Shown here in pieces: positions 28,788 to 37,506 of a stretch of DNA of 64,000 nucleotides (its first letter is position 1; the number at the start of each line of letters is the position of its first letter). The translations under genes and the position numbers were made by a program. Source of the stretch: an uncultured virus (IMG/VR IMGVR_UViG_3300037508_001334) (Duplodnaviria > Heunggongvirae > Uroviricota > Caudoviricetes); the IMG/VR virus record IMGVR_UViG_3300037508_001334; one strand, given 5' to 3'. The notes beneath the pieces are model-generated. The model had not been told where the DNA came from and made no database searches. It saw only the letters and a list, made by a program, of their open reading frames with translations.

Positions 28788-29012
28788 ATGACACAAGACA
28801 ATGTAATGGCAATGAAACCACATATCAAACAACGATATGGATTTGTAGCATCGGCATTTGTAAGAATGTGGGGACACACTTCTCTACATGATCATCGTAT
28901 TGTAGAATTTTGTACTGAATGGGCATATAAAGATGTAAATGCTCCGTTAGGAAGTTTGTATGATGTAGACCAATATTTTTATTACGAATTTAAATCTTGG
29001 AGAGGATACTAA
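28788..29012 (+). CDS. Hypothetical protein
   Basis: 74-aa ORF with AAGGA RBS. Confidence 0.65.
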   Translation: MTQDNVMAMKPHIKQRYGFVASAFVRMWGHTSLHDHRIVEFCTEWAYKDVNAPLGSLYDVDQYFYYEFKSWRGY

Positions 29013-29125
29013 TGTTACATTTAGTAGAAACACTTGCATCAAGTCCAATCTGGTTGGGACTTTGCGGAGCAGGCTTGACAGTCGTTCCAATCCTGGGTAT
29101 AATGCTTATACACCGAAATAAATAA
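29012..29125 (+). CDS. 37-aa hydrophobic peptide
   Basis: Hand-translated MLHLVETLASSPIWLGLCGAGLTVVPILGIMLIHRNK; GAGG RBS. Confidence 0.55.
   Translation: MLHLVETLASSPIWLGLCGAGLTVVPILGIMLIHRNK
29075..29103 (+). promoter_or_regulatory. Sigma70-type promoter for tRNA-Pro, inside the upstream small ORF
   Basis: TTGACA, 17 nt spacer, TATAAT (perfect consensus). Confidence 0.75.
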
Positions 29126-29133
29126 AGGCACTT

Positions 29134-29207
29134 CGGAATGTAGCTCAGTTTGGTAGAGCACTCGCTTTGGGAGCGAGATGTCGCAGGTTCGAATCCTGTC
29201 ATTCCGA
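29134..29207 (+). tRNA. tRNA-Pro(UGG)
   Basis: CGGAATG/CATTCCG acceptor stem, anticodon TGG. Confidence 0.95.
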
Positions 29208-29223
29208 TCATAAAACTCACTTT

Positions 29224-29460
29224 ATGAATAAAATGAATCAAGAAATCGACGAACTTCAGTCTTTTACAATCGAAGAGTTTCAGGCAGATTTTGATAATCT
29301 GATAGACAAAGTTCAAAATGGTGAATCATTCTTGATAAAAAGTGAGCACGGAAATGCAATAATGGTTCCTTACAACGAAGTCATACGAATATGTGAGGAA
29401 TCAAATGTGGATTTTGAAGAGATAGTTAAAATTCACACAGATCACGAAGAAGGTTCGTGA
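29224..29460 (+). CDS. Phd/YefM antitoxin-like protein
   Basis: FTIEEFQADFDNLIDKVQNGESFLI...AIMVPY matches the Phd/YefM N-domain pattern. Confidence 0.65.
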   Translation: MNKMNQEIDELQSFTIEEFQADFDNLIDKVQNGESFLIKSEHGNAIMVPYNEVIRICEESNVDFEEIVKIHTDHEEGS

Positions 29461-29467
29461 TTTTTAT

Positions 29468-29539
29468 GGGAATATAGCTTAATGGTTAGAGCGGCCTGCT
29501 TATAACGGGTTAGTCTGGGTTCAACTCCCAGTATTCCTA
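29468..29539 (+). tRNA. tRNA-Ile(UAU)
   Basis: GGGAATA/TATTCCT acceptor stem; anticodon arm GCCTG-ct-TAT-aa-CGGGT. Confidence 0.85.
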
Positions 29540-29543
29540 CCTT

Positions 29544-29616
29544 GCTGGTTTACCCATCTGGTGATAGGAGCGTCCTCATAAGACGATATAGGCGTGTTCG
29601 ATCCACGCAACCAGCA
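29544..29616 (+). tRNA. tRNA-Met(CAU) (or lysidine-modified Ile2)
   Basis: GCTGGTT/AACCAGC acceptor stem, anticodon CAT. Confidence 0.82.
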
Positions 29617-29669
29617 CTTGACAGAATCCCTGTCAAACCTGTATAATACATAGGTCAACATTCAAAACA

Positions 29670-29885
29670 ATGACTCTTACAGAAAAATTCAAGAAAGACG
29701 TTCAAACTCTTCGTGGTGCAGCAAACGGGGACTTTTATCTTGATGTAAAGAATCCGAAACTTTACAAAAAAGTCCGTCGTTATTATGAAAATGAAGGCGT
29801 AGTATTCTCTGGTGATCCTCTGGATGATTATGAGATTCTTATGGAATATGTTCTTGCCGATCTTGAAACTGTTGAGGTTGCTTAA
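29670..29885 (+). CDS. Conserved cyanophage hypothetical protein
   Basis: LDVKNPKLYKKVRRYYENEGVVFSGDPLDDYE; promoter TTGACA 29618 / TATAAT 29642. Confidence 0.75.
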   Translation: MTLTEKFKKDVQTLRGAANGDFYLDVKNPKLYKKVRRYYENEGVVFSGDPLDDYEILMEYVLADLETVEVA

Positions 29886-30112
29886 TGAAAGTTCTTCTTG
29901 AACGCAGTGGATACCGTTTTATTCAAGATGGTATTCTCGAAATCAATGGAAAACCAGATTATCGTATGCAAAAGAAAAATGAATGGACCAAACGTTGGAA
30001 CGACATTTATCTTTTTGATAACCAAATGCAGTGTCTAACTGCTATGGAGGATCACCAATATGCACGTTGGTTGGATTCTGATAATCCTGGTGCCTATCGT
30101 CATTATACATAG
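29885..30112 (+). CDS. Conserved cyanophage hypothetical protein
   Basis: NGKPDYRMQ..YLFDNQMQCLTAMED; TAATG coupling. Confidence 0.75.
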   Translation: MKVLLERSGYRFIQDGILEINGKPDYRMQKKNEWTKRWNDIYLFDNQMQCLTAMEDHQYARWLDSDNPGAYRHYT

Positions 30113-30143
30113 TCTCGGTATGACTTAAAACTAGCCCTGGTCG

Positions 30144-30401
30144 GTGATGAAATCCCCCTTTATGGCAAAATCTAATATATTAAGGTATGTTGGCAACATT
30201 CTCCTTTTATCGGGATATTTTATTCTGCTTTGGGGAGATCCAAAAGTTGGATTGCTTGTAAAATGCTTTGGAAATGCTTTTGTAGTTCCATTTGCAATCA
30301 AGTATAAGTTTTGGGACATTTTAGTATTATGTGGTTTTTATGCTGCAATTGAGATTCCAAAATTACTTCAACTATCCTTTCCTAGTTTGTTTGTAAACTA
30401 G
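30144..30401 (+). CDS. Small multi-TM membrane protein
   Basis: Three hydrophobic segments; start could be 30162. Confidence 0.65.
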   Translation: MMKSPFMAKSNILRYVGNILLLSGYFILLWGDPKVGLLVKCFGNAFVVPFAIKYKFWDILVLCGFYAAIEIPKLLQLSFPSLFVN

Positions 30402-30424
30402 GTGGTGGAGTCAAAATGACCCCT

Positions 30425-30520
30425 TCAGGTTTCTTGCTTCCTTAAAGAGCAAGTGGTGCGGATGGGACTCTCTCCCGCCTGGTTTCCAATTTCCAGTCAA
30501 AGAATTGGTGGCGAGCCTGA
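30425..30520 (+). ncRNA. wcaG RNA motif-like structured RNA
   Basis: Outer stem TCAGGT/GCCTGA encloses two similar GGTTT-[hairpin]-TGG units and a central GGGA/TCCC hairpin; directly upstream of an NDP-sugar epimerase. Confidence 0.75.
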
Positions 30521-30529
30521 GTTATTTGG

Positions 30530-30563
30530 GGAGGTTGACAACAACCTCCTTTTTTTGTATGAT
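30530..30563 (+). promoter_or_regulatory. Terminator hairpin fused with a sigma70 promoter
   Basis: GGAGGTTG/CAACCTCC plus T7; TTGACA 30535-40, 17 nt spacer, TATGAT 30558-63. Confidence 0.7.
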
Positions 30564-30588
30564 ATATAAAAAGAGTTTTAATTAATCT

Positions 30589-31641
30589 ATGAGTGATTAT
30601 AAAAAAACAGCACTTGTATTGGGTGCTGGTGGTTTCATCGGAAGTCACATGGTTCGCAGACTGCGATCAGAAGGTTATTGGGTTCGTGGAGTAGATCTAA
30701 AATTTCCTGAATTTTCTCAAAGTGAGGCAAATGAATTTATTCAGGGAGATCTTCGTGATGTAACATTTGTTGAAAGAGTTATTGAATTCAAAGGATATCT
30801 GGGAAACTTTTATCATTTTGTGGCATCAAAATATATTGATACTTTTGATGAGATCTATCAATTTGCTGCTGATATGGGTGGAGCAGGATTTGTATTCACG
30901 GGGGAGAATGATGCTGACATTATGCATAATTCCGTAACAGTTAATTTAAATGTTCTTGAGTCCCAACGTCAATTAAATGATTTTAAGGGAGTGAATAAAA
31001 CCAAAATTTTCTATTCTGGATCTGCTTGTATGTATCCAGAACACAATCAACTTGATCCCGATAATCCAGATTGTCGTGAAGAAAGTGCTTATCCAGCTAA
31101 TCCAGATAGTGAATATGGTTGGGAAAAACTTTTTTCAGAACGTCTTTATTTTGCCTACAATCGCAATTATAATATTCCTGTCCGTGTTGCCAGGTATCAT
31201 AATATCTTTGGCCCCGAAGGAACCTGGGAAGGTGGACGTGAAAAAGCTCCTGCAGCAATTTGTCGTAAAGTTGCATATCTTCCTAAAGAAGGTGGAGTAG
31301 TTGAGGTATGGGGTGATGGAAAACAAACCCGATCATTCTTGTATATTGATGAGTGTATTGAAGCAACTCGTCGTATGATGGAATCTGATTTCATCGGTCC
31401 AGTTAATATTGGTTCAGAGGAAATGGTAACTATCAACCAACTTGTAAAAACTGCTGCAAAAGTTGCTGGTAAAGATGTAACCAAAGTGTATAAACTTAAT
31501 GCACCCCTTGGAGTTCGTGGACGCAACTCTAATAACGATTTAATTCGTGAGAAATTGGGGTGGGATTATTCGCAAAGTCTTGAAGAAGGAATTCGTAAGA
31601 CTTATGATTGGATATTGCAACAAATTTCAAGAAAAGTATGA
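30589..31641 (+). CDS. NAD-dependent NDP-sugar epimerase, GDP-mannose 3,5-epimerase-like (WcaG family)
   Basis: GAGGFIG, AADMGGAGF, SACMYP, YGWEK (YxxxK), REKAPAAICRK. Confidence 0.9.
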   Translation: MSDYKKTALVLGAGGFIGSHMVRRLRSEGYWVRGVDLKFPEFSQSEANEFIQGDLRDVTFVERVIEFKGYLGNFYHFVASKYIDTFDEIYQFAADMGGAGFVFTGENDADIMHNSVTVNLNVLESQRQLNDFKGVNKTKIFYSGSACMYPEHNQLDPDNPDCREESAYPANPDSEYGWEKLFSERLYFAYNRNYNIPVRVARYHNIFGPEGTWEGGREKAPAAICRKVAYLPKEGGVVEVWGDGKQTRSFLYIDECIEATRRMMESDFIGPVNIGSEEMVTINQLVKTAAKVAGKDVTKVYKLNAPLGVRGRNSNNDLIREKLGWDYSQSLEEGIRKTYDWILQQISRKV

Positions 31642-32555
31642 ATAATTTAATTATTACAAATTCTTCTGGACTTTTTAGTACTTTACTTGGATTTTTTTTC
31701 TGGGTTTATTTATTTGAAAATAATAATTTTGATATTGATTTAAATTTTCATACTAGAAATAAAAGTGGTCCTAACGAAAAAAAATATTATTTTGCAGAAA
31801 TTGTTGAGTCTAACTTATTTCCAAAGAAACTATTGTTTGAAGAAAATATTTTTTTGAATATATTTAAAGAGAATAAATTTTTAGTTAAAGATCATAATCT
31901 AGACGATTTTTTATTTACACATTTATATCCATCTGATATTAAAGAATTTGATGAGTATGTTCCAGAATGTTTAAAAGTTTATAGGGGTAGGGGATTTTAT
32001 AGTGATCAATATGAAAATAAAGAAATAATAGATCAAATTAGAAAATGTTATTATCAAGGATGGAAAGTTTTTGAACTTACTGACGAACTAAAAAAAATTT
32101 CAATTGAAGAAGAAAAACTTATATCTTCAAATACTTTATGTGTTATGCTTAGAACTTCCTTGCATTATGATGGGTATGGGCATAATTCTGAAAAAATTTT
32201 AGAATCTGCTGTTAGGCAAGTCTCTAGTGTAATAGACGATTATGATAAAGTATTAATCACAACTCAAGTTCAACCTTTTTATAATAGATTTAAACAAGTT
32301 TTTGGTAATAAGTGTGTTTCTCCAGAGAGACCAAAAAGATTATCAAGTGATATGGATTGGATTGGTGTCAGTGATTCTATGAGTGATGATGATTATATTG
32401 AAGAATTAAAATATTGTTTATTGGATGTAATTCTTTCTAGTAAATGTAATCATATTATTGGTTCAAGTAGTAATATGTTTTTAGGTGCTTTATCTATGAA
32501 TCCAAATATTGATTATAGTTTAATAACAGATCTTTCTAATTTTAATGGATTATGA
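31638..32555 (+). CDS. Putative glycosyltransferase (NodZ/O-fucosyltransferase-like)
   Basis: SGLFS N-terminal motif; LLDVILSSKCNHIIGSSSN C-terminal motif. Confidence 0.55.
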   Translation: MNNLIITNSSGLFSTLLGFFFWVYLFENNNFDIDLNFHTRNKSGPNEKKYYFAEIVESNLFPKKLLFEENIFLNIFKENKFLVKDHNLDDFLFTHLYPSDIKEFDEYVPECLKVYRGRGFYSDQYENKEIIDQIRKCYYQGWKVFELTDELKKISIEEEKLISSNTLCVMLRTSLHYDGYGHNSEKILESAVRQVSSVIDDYDKVLITTQVQPFYNRFKQVFGNKCVSPERPKRLSSDMDWIGVSDSMSDDDYIEELKYCLLDVILSSKCNHIIGSSSNMFLGALSMNPNIDYSLITDLSNFNGL

Positions 32556-32890
32556 GTAACATTTATGTTTTTGATTTAGATCATACTTTATGTGATACTA
32601 AAAAGGATGATAGTGGGAGATGGTTATATTTTGAATCTGTTCCATATTCTGATAGAATAGAAAAGGTAAATGAATTAAAAAATGAAGGGCACACAATTAT
32701 AATAGAAACTGCAAGAGGAAGTGATTCAAAAATAAATTATTATGAAAAAACTTATAATCAATTAGTTTCTTGGGGGTTAAAATTTGATTTTCTTAGAACT
32801 GGAGTTAAGTTTTCTGCAAATTATTATATTGACGATAAAGCATTAAATAGCGAGGATTTTTTTAATGGCAAGCATTCAATCACTGATTAA
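32552..32890 (+). CDS. HAD-family capsule-biosynthesis phosphatase-like protein
   Basis: FDLDHTLC, TARG, YYIDDKA. Confidence 0.8.
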   Translation: MSNIYVFDLDHTLCDTKKDDSGRWLYFESVPYSDRIEKVNELKNEGHTIIIETARGSDSKINYYEKTYNQLVSWGLKFDFLRTGVKFSANYYIDDKALNSEDFFNGKHSITD

Positions 32891-35354
32891 AAAGTCTCCA
32901 TCTTGGATTCAAAAAATTTATTATAATACTGTTCCATTTTCTCAAAGATATGGAAAAGTTTTTACTGAAACTTATAATTTTCTCTTAGAAAGTGAAAAAT
33001 GGAGTAGAGAAAAACTAGAACAATATCAATTAGAAGAATTTAAAAAGTTAATAAATCATTGCTATACAAATGTCCCCTATTATAAAAAAGTTTTTGATGA
33101 TAGAGGATTAACTCCAAATGATTTTAACTCAATTTCTGATATAACTAAACTTCCATTTCTTACGAAGGATATTATTAGAGAAAATTCAAATGATTTAATT
33201 GCAAAAAATATGAAAGATCAGAAGTCCTATGAGTTCAGGACAAGTGGATCTACAGGAAAGAAATTGGTTTTTTATGCAACTGATGATGTTTATAAAAAAG
33301 AAGCTGCATTTGTTCTTCGTTCATATGAAAAACATGGAGCTCATTTATATGACAAACCAAGTGTTTGGTTGAGAAGATATGTCCCTGTTGATAGAAATTC
33401 CGATCTTTGGTATTATGATTATGAATTAAATCGTCTTTACATGTCTGCGTATCATCTAAATGATGATACTATAAAAGATTATATTTCTAAAATCAATTCT
33501 AAGAAATATCATACCCTTGTTGCATATCCTTCTAGTATTTACGTTCTTGCTTGTCTTTGCGAAAAGCACAAATTAAAATTGGATACAATTCAAAAAATTC
33601 ATGTTTCTTCGGAAATGATGCTTCCCGAATGGAGAAAAAAAATTATAGAAGTTTTTGGAATAGTTCCAGTTGCTCATTATGGTGCGATTGAAAAAGTTTG
33701 TTTTATGCACCAATTAGAAGATAGTGAAAAATATTATGAAAATCTACAATATGGTGTAACTGAGTATATTGATCAGGGTGATGGAACTCATACAATTGTG
33801 GGGACTGGGTTTCTTAATTACTATATGCCATTTCTTAGATATAAGACTGAAGATAGTGTTGTATTAAATTCAAATCCTGGTGATTTTGATAAAGTTTCTA
33901 GTATTAATGGAAGAACAAGTGATATCTTGATTGCTGAAGATGGTTCACAACTTCCAGGAGTTAATTTTTATAGTTGGATTGATAAAAAAGTTCCTGGAGT
34001 TTCTATGTTTCAAATTGTTCAGAAGAGTAGAAAAGATGTGACTTTTAGTTTTGTTGGTAGCAATCAGTATTCTGAAAAAACTATTTCTGAAATTAAAGAA
34101 GGTCTTACCTCTAGACTGGGTAATCTTAATTTTACTATTACTAAGGTAAGAGAGATTAAAAGAAATGAGACCACTGGAAAAATTCGTTGTATTGTTAACA
34201 ATATTTTGAGTTCTTATTCCTCAAAAGAATTATATGATAAACTCTATAATTTAAAAAAGCAAAATGGAACTCACTCCCCAAGTATTAATACTATCATAGA
34301 AAATATACCAGAAATTCAATGTAATATTGATGCTTGTTTTTTGAGCAATCCTTATGCAACTGATTTATTTCTAAAAAGATTTAATCAAGATTTAATTGTC
34401 CCAAATAATATTCGTAATTATCTTGAACTTTATCCACAACAAAATAAATTCGTATCCAAAAAGATTTCCGAATATATTGGTATTCCTTCTGAAAATATTT
34501 TAATAGGTAATGGGGCTATTGAAATTATTGAAAAGGTAATGAATAATATGGTAGGCAAGATTTTAATCGGTCTTCCAACATTTTCTTCTTATTATGAATT
34601 TAATAAAGATTGTGAAATTGTTAAGAGTGAAAAAAAATTAGATTCTGTAGAAAATGTAGTAAGTGAAGTTAGGAGAACTTCTTCCAATAATCTTCTTTTA
34701 GTTAATCCAAATAACCCAACAGGTCATTATATTATTAAAGAAGATTTAAAACATATTTTGTCACAATTAAAAGATTTGAATACTATTATTGTTGATGAAA
34801 GTTTTATTCATTTTGCAACAAAAGATAATCCAAATGATGATTCTATAGGAGAATTTGTTCTTGAATATCCAAATTTAGTTGTTATTAAAAGTATGTCAAA
34901 GGATTTTGGCATTGCTGGTATTAGGTGTGGATATGCTATAATGTCAAAGGAAAAGGTAAAACTTTTTATTGAAAAAGGTTTCCTTTGGAACTCTAATGGC
35001 ATCTCTGAGTATTTCTTTAATTTACTTTCGGATAAATCTTTTATTGTAGAATATGAAAAAACTAGAATTAAGTTTTTAGAAGAGTTTGAAGAATTTTTTG
35101 AAGAACTTAATAAAATTAAAGAAATTCAAGTATATGAATCAAAAACAAATTTCTTTCTAATTGATCTTAAAACTAAAAAGTCTTTTGATTTTATGTGTTG
35201 GATGTTGATTGAAAAGGGAATTTATGTGAGATGTATGGATGATAAAATTGGAATGGGTATTGATAGTGATACTTTTGTTAGAATTGCTGGAAAGACCCGT
35301 GAAGAAAACAACTACATAATACAGTCAATTAAAGAATTTATTGGTGAAGTATAA
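32865..35354 (+). CDS. Fusion of a CapK/phenylacetate-CoA-ligase-like adenylate-forming domain and a class I/II PLP aminotransferase
   Basis: LPFLTKD, RTSGSTG, YGAIE, MPFLRYKTED, GRTSD, TGKIR; then NGAIEII, VNPNNPTG, VDESF, KSMSKDFGIAGIRCGY. Confidence 0.8.
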   Translation: MASIQSLIKKSPSWIQKIYYNTVPFSQRYGKVFTETYNFLLESEKWSREKLEQYQLEEFKKLINHCYTNVPYYKKVFDDRGLTPNDFNSISDITKLPFLTKDIIRENSNDLIAKNMKDQKSYEFRTSGSTGKKLVFYATDDVYKKEAAFVLRSYEKHGAHLYDKPSVWLRRYVPVDRNSDLWYYDYELNRLYMSAYHLNDDTIKDYISKINSKKYHTLVAYPSSIYVLACLCEKHKLKLDTIQKIHVSSEMMLPEWRKKIIEVFGIVPVAHYGAIEKVCFMHQLEDSEKYYENLQYGVTEYIDQGDGTHTIVGTGFLNYYMPFLRYKTEDSVVLNSNPGDFDKVSSINGRTSDILIAEDGSQLPGVNFYSWIDKKVPGVSMFQIVQKSRKDVTFSFVGSNQYSEKTISEIKEGLTSRLGNLNFTITKVREIKRNETTGKIRCIVNNILSSYSSKELYDKLYNLKKQNGTHSPSINTIIENIPEIQCNIDACFLSNPYATDLFLKRFNQDLIVPNNIRNYLELYPQQNKFVSKKISEYIGIPSENILIGNGAIEIIEKVMNNMVGKILIGLPTFSSYYEFNKDCEIVKSEKKLDSVENVVSEVRRTSSNNLLLVNPNNPTGHYIIKEDLKHILSQLKDLNTIIVDESFIHFATKDNPNDDSIGEFVLEYPNLVVIKSMSKDFGIAGIRCGYAIMSKEKVKLFIEKGFLWNSNGISEYFFNLLSDKSFIVEYEKTRIKFLEEFEEFFEELNKIKEIQVYESKTNFFLIDLKTKKSFDFMCWMLIEKGIYVRCMDDKIGMGIDSDTFVRIAGKTREENNYIIQSIKEFIGEV

Positions 35355-35357
35355 TTT

Positions 35358-36605
35358 ATGAATATTAGTTTCATTGGATTGGGAAAACTTGGACTACCTC
35401 TTGCTTGTTGTTTAGCTAGATCTGGAAATAGAGTCCTTGGAATAGATAAAAACCCATATTTCATAAAAAAATTAAATAATAAAGAACTTCCTTTTTATGA
35501 ACCAGATTTGAATAAATTTTTTATTCATAGTGGAGATGTGGATCCTCATCCAAATTTTATGGGATTTACAGATTCATATGAAAATATTTTTAAAGATACT
35601 GATGCTACTGTGATTCTAGTTAATACTCAAAGTGATGATGGTGGATATTCGTCTGCAATTGTAGAATCAGTATTGCAAGAATTTTCTGAAAATTTTAAAA
35701 ATTCAAACAAAGATTATCATTTAATCGTTTTATCTTCTACAGTTCTCCCAGGTACTATTAAAAAATTAATTTCTCTTGTTGAAAAAGTATCTGGCAAAAA
35801 ATATGAAAAAGATTTTGGATTTTCTTATGTCCCCGATTTTGTTAAACTGGGAAATGTTATTCATGATTTTAAAAACCCAGAATTTTTCTTGATAGGTGCA
35901 AATAATATTGAAGATATTATACTTACAAAATCTATTTGGTATAAATTTCACGATAATAATCCACCATGCAAAATTTTAACTCTTGAGGAAGCTGAAGTAG
36001 CTAAAGTTTCTTTAAATGCTTTTATAGTTAATAAAATTTCATTTGCAAATTTTTTGGGTGAAGTTTGTGATGGCATGGAAAATGTGAATGTTCATAATAT
36101 CACAAATGTAATAGGACTGGATAAAAGAATCTCCCCTTATTTTTTTGGATACGGAACTCCTTATGGTGGGACTTGTTTTCCAAGAGATACTACTGCTTTT
36201 ATTAAATTTTCTGAAGATAGAGGAAAATCGGCAAAACATTTAATTTTTGCTGAAGAAGTTAATCAGATGGTGTATAATAGTTTGTTTGAAAAAGTAAAAT
36301 CTTATCAAAATATTGCTATTCTTGGTACATCGTTTAAACCAAACTCTCCAGTTACAATTGGTTCTCCTAGTGTAACCTTAATCAACTATCTTGAAAATGC
36401 AAATAAAACAATTTATTGTCATGATTTTCTTAAAGAAACTTTTGAAAACTTAAAATTATTTCAAGGTGTTGGAGTTACAACTTGCGATGAAGTGCAAGAC
36501 TGTATTGATAAATCTGAAGTCGTTATTGTAATGCATCCGGATAAAAGATATAAGGATTTTAACTATTCTAATGTAAATGTTATAGACTATTGGGGAGTAA
36601 TTTGA
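35358..36605 (+). CDS. UDP-glucose/GDP-mannose dehydrogenase family protein
   Basis: GLGKLG, SSTVLPGT, KISFANF, YGGTCFPRD. Confidence 0.9.
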   Translation: MNISFIGLGKLGLPLACCLARSGNRVLGIDKNPYFIKKLNNKELPFYEPDLNKFFIHSGDVDPHPNFMGFTDSYENIFKDTDATVILVNTQSDDGGYSSAIVESVLQEFSENFKNSNKDYHLIVLSSTVLPGTIKKLISLVEKVSGKKYEKDFGFSYVPDFVKLGNVIHDFKNPEFFLIGANNIEDIILTKSIWYKFHDNNPPCKILTLEEAEVAKVSLNAFIVNKISFANFLGEVCDGMENVNVHNITNVIGLDKRISPYFFGYGTPYGGTCFPRDTTAFIKFSEDRGKSAKHLIFAEEVNQMVYNSLFEKVKSYQNIAILGTSFKPNSPVTIGSPSVTLINYLENANKTIYCHDFLKETFENLKLFQGVGVTTCDEVQDCIDKSEVVIVMHPDKRYKDFNYSNVNVIDYWGVI

Positions 36606-36608
36606 ATC

Positions 36609-37499
36609 ATGGCAAAGAAAAAATTTAAACTAATTGATAATTGTTTTTCCTGGGTTGGTAAAGGACAGCACGGAGAAAATTTGGGTGGAGCTACTCCTAA
36701 TAGAGTTCCCAAATATATTGAGTGGGTTCATGAAGGATACGGTAATCACCAATCTACTTTTAACAATCTGACCAAAAAAGATAAAACATTCTATACTGAG
36801 GATTTAATCCTTCTTGGACTTGAAGATAATAAAAGTGCTAAGAAGTATGGGTATCTATTTGAACCAAAGTGGTACAATAAAACTGCAGTATACATCAAAA
36901 ATAATCCTGATAAATTTGTGGAGCATTATGATGCTATTTTTACTCATGATCAAGAATTAATAGATATTAACCCAGATGTTTTCAAATTTGCTTATGGTCA
37001 GGGATCTATCATTGAAGAAGTTGGCATTTTTGATAAAACAAAATTAGTTTCTTCTATTTTATCTGATAAAGCAATGTCTAATGGGCATAAACTTAGAATT
37101 GAAATTGGTAAACAACTAGAAGAAAGTGGACAAGTTGATTGTTTTGGAAAATTGCATAACAAGTTTCTTGATAAAAAAATTATAGGAATGAAGGATTATA
37201 TGTTTTCATTTGCTTTTGAAAATGATGTTTATCCTCATTATTTTACAGAAAAACTTCTTGATTGTTTTTTGACAGGAACAATTCCAATTTATTTGGGAGA
37301 TCCAGAAATTGGAAAGTTTTATAATATTGATGGAATTATTCAAATTGATTATAAAGATGGTGGAATTGAATTTAATTCTGAATGTTTAACTGAAGAATTT
37401 TATAAAGATAGACTTGATGCAGTAAAAGATAATTTTGAAAGAGTTGTGGATCGGCAAAGTGTTGAAGATTATATCTATCTAAATTATTTTAACGATTAA
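36609..37499 (+). CDS. Glycosyltransferase family 10 (alpha-1,3-fucosyltransferase-like)
   Basis: YMFSFAFEN....YFTEKLLDCFLTGTIPIYLG motif. Confidence 0.8.
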   Translation: MAKKKFKLIDNCFSWVGKGQHGENLGGATPNRVPKYIEWVHEGYGNHQSTFNNLTKKDKTFYTEDLILLGLEDNKSAKKYGYLFEPKWYNKTAVYIKNNPDKFVEHYDAIFTHDQELIDINPDVFKFAYGQGSIIEEVGIFDKTKLVSSILSDKAMSNGHKLRIEIGKQLEESGQVDCFGKLHNKFLDKKIIGMKDYMFSFAFENDVYPHYFTEKLLDCFLTGTIPIYLGDPEIGKFYNIDGIIQIDYKDGGIEFNSECLTEEFYKDRLDAVKDNFERVVDRQSVEDYIYLNYFND

Positions 37500-37506
37500 G
37501 ATTGAT

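Noticed and set aside
29167..29223. N-terminal extension of the Phd-like ORF
   Set aside because: It overlaps tRNA-Pro; ATG 29224 or 29233 is more plausible.
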